A stretch of 64,000 nt of DNA. It comes from Gemmatimonadota bacterium (GTDB lineage: Bacteria; Gemmatimonadota; Gemmatimonadetes; Palauibacterales; Palauibacteraceae). Both the position numbers and the translations under genes were made by a program. Location of the stretch: contig JBHHYZ010000003.1 in assembly GCA_046757845.1 (NCBI GenBank), positions 26,628 through 90,627 of the forward strand, read 5' to 3'. The notes beneath the pieces were generated by a model. The model worked only from the letters and a program-made list of their open reading frames with translations, did no database searches and was not told the origin of the DNA. Below, piece after piece: positions 57,813 to 64,000 of this stretch (positions are counted from its first letter, which is position 1; the number at the start of each line of letters is the position of its first letter).

Positions 57813-57990
57813 CTCGGACTCGTCACTCACTCTCTGGGCTCTCAGCTTCCTCGCAGCTCTTCGCATATCGCATGATCAGGCCCGAACGACCATGGCCGCG
57901 CGCCCTCCGCGGGCCTGCCTCGGCGCCGACTCCGGCGCGTTTCCACATCGGGCCACCGCTAGGGAGCCCCGGTGACGGGCACTCGGGACG

Positions 57991-59595
57991 TCAGCTTCCA
58001 TCGTACTCTCCCCACACGTCGCGGAGACGTCCGCTGATCTCGCCGAGCGTCGCGCGCGCCTTCACCGCCGCGATCATCGGAGGCACCAGGTTGTCTTCCT
58101 CCACCGCGGCCGCCTCCACCCGCGCCAGGGCGCGGCGTACGGGCTCCTCGTCCCGCGCCGACTTGAGGGCCGCAAGCCGCGCGCGCTGCTCCCGGGCCAG
58201 CGTGTCGAAATCCGGAGGCTCTCGCGGAGGTTGCGGTTCCTCCTCTCGAAACACGTTCACCCCCACCACCTTTTCCTCCCCGCTCTCGAGCGCCTGTTGA
58301 TACGCATAGGCCGAGCGGTGGATCTCCTCCCTCATGTAAGGTATCGCCCGCGCCGAGCCTCCCAGGTCCTCGACCCGCGCCAGATACTCTCGAGCCCTCT
58401 CCTCCAGCCGGCGCGTCAGATCCTCCACGTAATAGGAACCGGCCAGGGGATCCACCGTGCGCGGCACCCCCGTCTCGCAGGCCAGCACCTGCTGGGTACG
58501 TAGCGCCAGCTTCGCGGCCGCCTCCGTGGGCAGCGCCAGAGCTTCATCGTATCCATTCGTATGTAGCGACTGCGTACCGCCGAGCACGGCCGCCAACGCC
58601 TGCACGGTCACCCGCACCACGTTGTTCATCGGTTGCTGAGCGGTGAGGCTGGAGCCCGCCGTCTGGGTGTGGAAACGCAGTCTGCACGAGGCGTCGGATG
58701 CGGCGAAACGGTCTCGCATCAGACGTGCCCACATACGCCGAGCCGCCCGGAACTTCGCGACCTCCTCGAACAGATCGCTGAACGACGCGAAGAAGAAGCT
58801 CAGCCGGGGAGCGAACGCCTCCAGGTCCAGGCCGCACCGTACCGCCCGGTCCACGTATTCCAGGGCGTTGGCCAGGGTGAAAGCGAGTTCCTGGGGCGCC
58901 GTCGCTCCCGCCTCGCGCATGTGATAGCCGCTGATCGAGATCGAATTCCAGCGCGGAATCTCGCGGCCGCAGAAATCGAACACATCGGTGACCAGGCGGA
59001 GGCTGGGCTCCACCGGATAGATGTAGGTTCCTCGCGCCACGAATTCCTTGAGGATATCGTTCTGCACAGTACCCCGCAGATCGCTTCGCGCCACTCCCCG
59101 TTCGTCGGCTACCGCCACATACAGGGCCAGCAGGATCGCCGCGGTCGAGTTGATGGTCATGGACGTCGAGACGCTGTCCAGCGGAATCCCTTCGAGCAGC
59201 CTGCGCATGTCATCGATCGTGTCGATCGCCACGCCGACCCGGCCCACCTCTCCGGAGGCCATCGGATGGTCCGAGTCGTAGCCCATTTGGGTGGGGAGAT
59301 CGAAGGCGACCGAAAGGCCGGTCTGCCCCGAATCCAGCAGAAATCGGAAACGGGAGTTGGTCTCGTCCGCCGTACCGAACCCGGCATACTGCCGCATCGT
59401 CCACAGGCGGCCACGATACATCGTGGGATACACCCCACGGGTGAACGGAAACTCTCCCGGGTCGCCCAGGTCGCGCTCGTAGTCGACCCTGGCCTGCTCG
59501 GGCGTATAGTAGGGCTCCACCTCGAGGCCCGAGAAGGTTTGGAAGCGCTCCTCTCCTTCACTCGGGCCGGGAAGGCCCTCCTTCGGTCCGCTCAC
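57991..59595 (-). CDS. methylmalonyl-CoA mutase family protein, catalytic (substrate-binding) domain only
   Basis: '[26 protein letters not shown]...[18 protein letters not shown]' is the MCM N-terminal TIM-barrel. No C-terminal B12-binding domain, as in split acyl-CoA mutases. Confidence 0.8.
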   Translation of the reverse strand: MSGPKEGLPGPSEGEERFQTFSGLEVEPYYTPEQARVDYERDLGDPGEFPFTRGVYPTMYRGRLWTMRQYAGFGTADETNSRFRFLLDSGQTGLSVAFDLPTQMGYDSDHPMASGEVGRVGVAIDTIDDMRRLLEGIPLDSVSTSMTINSTAAILLALYVAVADERGVARSDLRGTVQNDILKEFVARGTYIYPVEPSLRLVTDVFDFCGREIPRWNSISISGYHMREAGATAPQELAFTLANALEYVDRAVRCGLDLEAFAPRLSFFFASFSDLFEEVAKFRAARRMWARLMRDRFAASDASCRLRFHTQTAGSSLTAQQPMNNVVRVTVQALAAVLGGTQSLHTNGYDEALALPTEAAAKLALRTQQVLACETGVPRTVDPLAGSYYVEDLTRRLEERAREYLARVEDLGGSARAIPYMREEIHRSAYAYQQALESGEEKVVGVNVFREEEPQPPREPPDFDTLAREQRARLAALKSARDEEPVRRALARVEAAAVEEDNLVPPMIAAVKARATLGEISGRLRDVWGEYDGS

Positions 59596-60131
59596 GGCCG
59601 ACGGCGGTCCGGCTTCACGGCCCCTTCTCCTTCCGCCTGCCTGAATGTGACCAGGAGCGCACCCCGGTTGACGGCGTCACCCTCCCTCACCGCGACGCTC
59701 TCCACGACGCCCGCCACTTCCGCCTTCAACTCGTTCTCCATCTTCATGGCCTCGATCACGACCAGGCTCGTCCCCGCTCCGACCTCCTCGCCCGGTCCGA
59801 CCAGGACGCGGAGGACGAGGCCCGGCATCGGCGCCCGCAGATCCCTCGCAGACGTCGCCGTAGACCCCTGTCCCGTCAGTTGCCTCACCGAGCGCGCCCG
59901 CTCGTCCTCTACTCCCACGACCAGCCGGCAGCCGCCGAAGTCCATGACCCAACTTCCTTCGGAAGGCGTGGCGACCAGCCAGTACCCTTGATCTCCGATT
60001 CGAAGGTGATACTGCCCTTCCCCCGGCAGTCCCACCAGCTCCGCTTCAATGGGAGTCCCATCCAGCCGGATTCCGTCCGCATCAACTTCGACTTCGCGCG
60101 GCTCGCCGTTCACCGTGGCATAGTACTTCAC
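59592..60131 (-). CDS. biotin/lipoyl-attachment (biotin carboxyl carrier) domain protein
   Basis: '[21 protein letters not shown]' is the biotinylation AMKM motif. Confidence 0.65.
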   Translation of the reverse strand: MKYYATVNGEPREVEVDADGIRLDGTPIEAELVGLPGEGQYHLRIGDQGYWLVATPSEGSWVMDFGGCRLVVGVEDERARSVRQLTGQGSTATSARDLRAPMPGLVLRVLVGPGEEVGAGTSLVVIEAMKMENELKAEVAGVVESVAVREGDAVNRGALLVTFRQAEGEGAVKPDRRRP

Positions 60132-61470
60132 GACGCTTCGCTCCTAGACAGCCCGGCCACCCGGTCTCTCACCATCCAGGCGATCGTCTCCACATGCGCC
60201 GTGTGAGGGAATGCGTCGAACGGCTGCACCGTGAGCAGCCGCCAGTGCGGCATCAACCGGGCCACATCGCGGGCCAAGGTGGCGGGATCGCAGCTCACAT
60301 AGACGAGTCCGGCTGCCGAAGTCGACTTGAGTCGCCGGGCAACCCGCCGAGCCAGGCCCGCCCGAGGCGGGTTCGCCAGGATCACGTCCGCCTCCGGCAA
60401 GGGCTCGGTTCCCGCCTCCAGCCTACCCGGGACGAAGGTGACGGCCACCCCCATCCGGCGGGCGGTCGTCCGCCCAGTCCGGAGCGCATCGCGATTCCGC
60501 TCATAAGCCACTGCGGTTCCGCCGGACCGAACCCAACCCAATGAGTGGGAACCGATGCCGGCATACAGATCCAGCAGCCGCCGGCCGGCTGGCGGACCCA
60601 ACAGCCGGCCCAGGTATTCGTCCATGGCGGCCGCGACGGATCGGTTCGGCTGGAGAAACGCCTCGGGAAGAAGCTCCAGATCGAGGTCGCCCCAGCGCTC
60701 CCGCAGAGTCGGCGCCCCACCCAGGTGCCGGCGGCGCCCCTGCTTGTCGCGCCACCAGTAGCTCTCCAACGGCAGGGCGCTCACCACACGTTCAGGCTGG
60801 CCTGGTCGATCCGGGGCACCGCCCCGAACCAGCAGTCCGACTCTCCCTTCCACCGAGGCCCGGAGGGTGAGGCGCAGCTCTCCTCCGCCGGGTAGCGCGC
60901 CCGCCATCGGCCCCCAGGCTTCCCGTAGCCGTCCCCACGCCTCCTGCACGGGAGGCTCCGCCAACGGACACTCGGCGATGTCAAGCACGACGTTCGCCGC
61001 ACCGAACCGACGGTAGCCAGCTGTCACGCGACCTTCATGACGTCGCAGGCTGAAACTCACCCGGTTGCGGTATCCCAGAGCCGGGCCCGCCACGACTGGC
61101 GGCGGAACGGCGATCTCCATCCCGCCGATCCTGGACAGCGCGTCCGTCACCGCGCGTCGCCGGGCTTCCAGCTGCCCCCGGCGCGTCAGATGTTGCAGCT
61201 GGCAGCCGCCGCAGCGGACGAACCGCGGACATGCCGGCCGTGTCCGCTCCGGGCCGGGCCGGCACACCCGCACGAGCCGCGCACGGGCGAAAGAGCCGGA
61301 CTCGCTCCGAAGCTCGGCGAGGATCGAGTCTCCCGGAGCCGCCCTCGGAACGAAGACCACGCGTCCCGACCCGTCCCTGGCGACCCCATCTCCTCCCACC
61401 GCGATCGAATCCACCGTGAGCCGAAGTCTTCGAGATTCCGTGGAACGGGAGGCTGCCCCCGCGGGCGCGC

Positions 61471-61489
<19 letters not shown>
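60128..61489 (-). CDS. rlmD: 23S rRNA (uracil-C5)-methyltransferase RlmD/RumA family
   Basis: TRAM domain, 'CPRFVRCGGCQLQH' [4Fe-4S] motif and 'DVILANPPRAGL' SAM-MTase motif IV. Start uncertain. Confidence 0.7.
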
Positions 61490-62997
<1,508 letters not shown>

Positions 62998-63017
62998 GGG
63001 AGCGACCTGTCAGTCCA

Positions 63018-64000
63018 CTAAAGGGGAATGTTGCCGTGCTTCTTGGGCGGGTTCCTGTCGCGCTTGTTCGAGAGCAGCTGGAGGCCGGAAATCAGCCGAG
63101 CCCTCGTCTGCCGGGGATCGATGACGTCGTCCACGAAACCGCGCGCCGCGGCCAGGTACGGGTTCGCGAATCTGTCTCGAAACGTCGCTTCGCGCGCCTC
63201 GGCCTCGGCCTCCGGATCCCGGGCATCGGCGATCTCCCTCTTGTACAGAATCTCCACCGCCCCCTTGGGCCCCATGACGGCGATCTCGGCAGTCGGCCAC
63301 GCGAGGTTCAGGTCACCACGGATGTGCTTGGACGACATCACATCATACGCTCCGCCATACGCTTTTCGGGTGATGACCGTGAGCTTCGGCACAGTCGCTT
63401 CGCAGAAAGCGTACAACAGCTTCGAGCCGTGTCGAATGATGCCGCCATGCTCCTGCTCCACACCGGGCATGAAGCCCGGTACGTCCTCGAACGTGACCAG
63501 CGGGATGTTGAAGGCATCACAGAAGCGGACGAAACGCGCCCCCTTCACGCTGGCATCGATGTCCAGGACTCCCGCCAGGACGGCCGGTTGGTTGGCCACG
63601 ATGCCCACGCTCTCTCCCCCCAGGCGGGCGAAGCCCACCACAAGGTTGGCCGCGAAGTTCCGGTGGACCTCCACGAACTCTCCGTCGTCCACGATCTTCG
63701 CGATCACCTCGAGCATATCGTAAGGTTGATTCGGCTGATCGGGAACGATGTCCAGCAGTTCCTCGTCGCCGCGGTCCTCGGGATCGTCGCTGGGCCGGCG
63801 GGGGGGCCGCTCCTGGTTGTTGGAGGGCAGAAAGCCGATCAGCGTCCGGACGGCCCGCAGCGATTCCAGTTCGGTCGCATGGGCGAAATGAGCCACGCCG
63901 GAGCGGGAGGCGTGCACCTCCGCTCCACCCAATCCCTCGAAAGAGATCTCCTCGTGGGTCACGGTCTTCACCACGTTGGGGCCCGTCACGAACATGTGGC
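63018..64000 (-). CDS. acyl-CoA carboxylase carboxyltransferase (propionyl-CoA carboxylase beta-like), N-terminus beyond the window
   Basis: 'KRDRNPPKKHGNIPL' C-terminus and 'TRKAYGGAYDVM' carboxyltransferase motifs. The ORF runs to the window edge. Confidence 0.85.
   Translation of the reverse strand, partial: HMFVTGPNVVKTVTHEEISFEGLGGAEVHASRSGVAHFAHATELESLRAVRTLIGFLPSNNQERPPRRPSDDPEDRGDEELLDIVPDQPNQPYDMLEVIAKIVDDGEFVEVHRNFAANLVVGFARLGGESVGIVANQPAVLAGVLDIDASVKGARFVRFCDAFNIPLVTFEDVPGFMPGVEQEHGGIIRHGSKLLYAFCEATVPKLTVITRKAYGGAYDVMSSKHIRGDLNLAWPTAEIAVMGPKGAVEILYKREIADARDPEAEAEAREATFRDRFANPYLAAARGFVDDVIDPRQTRARLISGLQLLSNKRDRNPPKKHGNIPL

Overview
GC-rich (about 68-70% by eye) Gram-negative chromosomal segment. 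The Mla, LptE, LpxH, T9SS-like sorting domain and carboxypeptidase-regulatory-like proteins make me guess a Gemmatimonadota-like lineage, but this is unverified. Gene density is high and many start/stop codons overlap by 4 nt. The six-frame track accepts GTG/TTG starts shown as 'M'; the high GC produces many long spurious antisense ORFs, which I ignored.

Three blocks stand out.

(1) 1..13829, all on the minus strand. This looks like one long, translationally coupled operon. In transcription order it encodes: an Mrp/NBP35 Fe-S carrier; a zinc-ribbon protein with a PCP_red domain; a ferredoxin; an ABC-2 exporter; a tandem-Usp protein with two PCP_red domains; a radical-SAM/SPASM protein with a PCP_red domain; an orphan CydA-like (cytochrome bd subunit I-like) membrane protein with no CydB; three c-type cytochromes carrying five CXXCH motifs, one of them fused to an EB_dh/DOMON-like heme domain; a cupredoxin-like protein; and cytochrome c oxidase subunit II, which runs off the window edge. 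I interpret this as a candidate novel quinol:cytochrome c electron-transfer module with its own cofactor-maturation set.

(2) Selenocysteine machinery. A tRNA-Sec (anticodon UCA, long variable arm) lies at 21907..22004 and selB at 29365..31284, with a tmRNA (tag ANDNLALAA) between them.

(3) A cobalamin riboswitch with a terminator-type expression platform sits in front of the minus-strand operon btuF-btuC-btuD, a TonB-dependent receptor and a beta-propeller lipoprotein. B12-dependent methylmalonyl-CoA mutase and propionyl-CoA carboxylase genes lie at the right end of the window.

The rest is housekeeping: mlaEFD; hpf-hprK-PTS(Man family IIA/B/C/D)-ptsH-ptsI; ptsN; ribD-E-BA-H-nusB; purM; argS; ahcY; metK; murI; lpxH; hemC; the two hldE halves; recO; and others.
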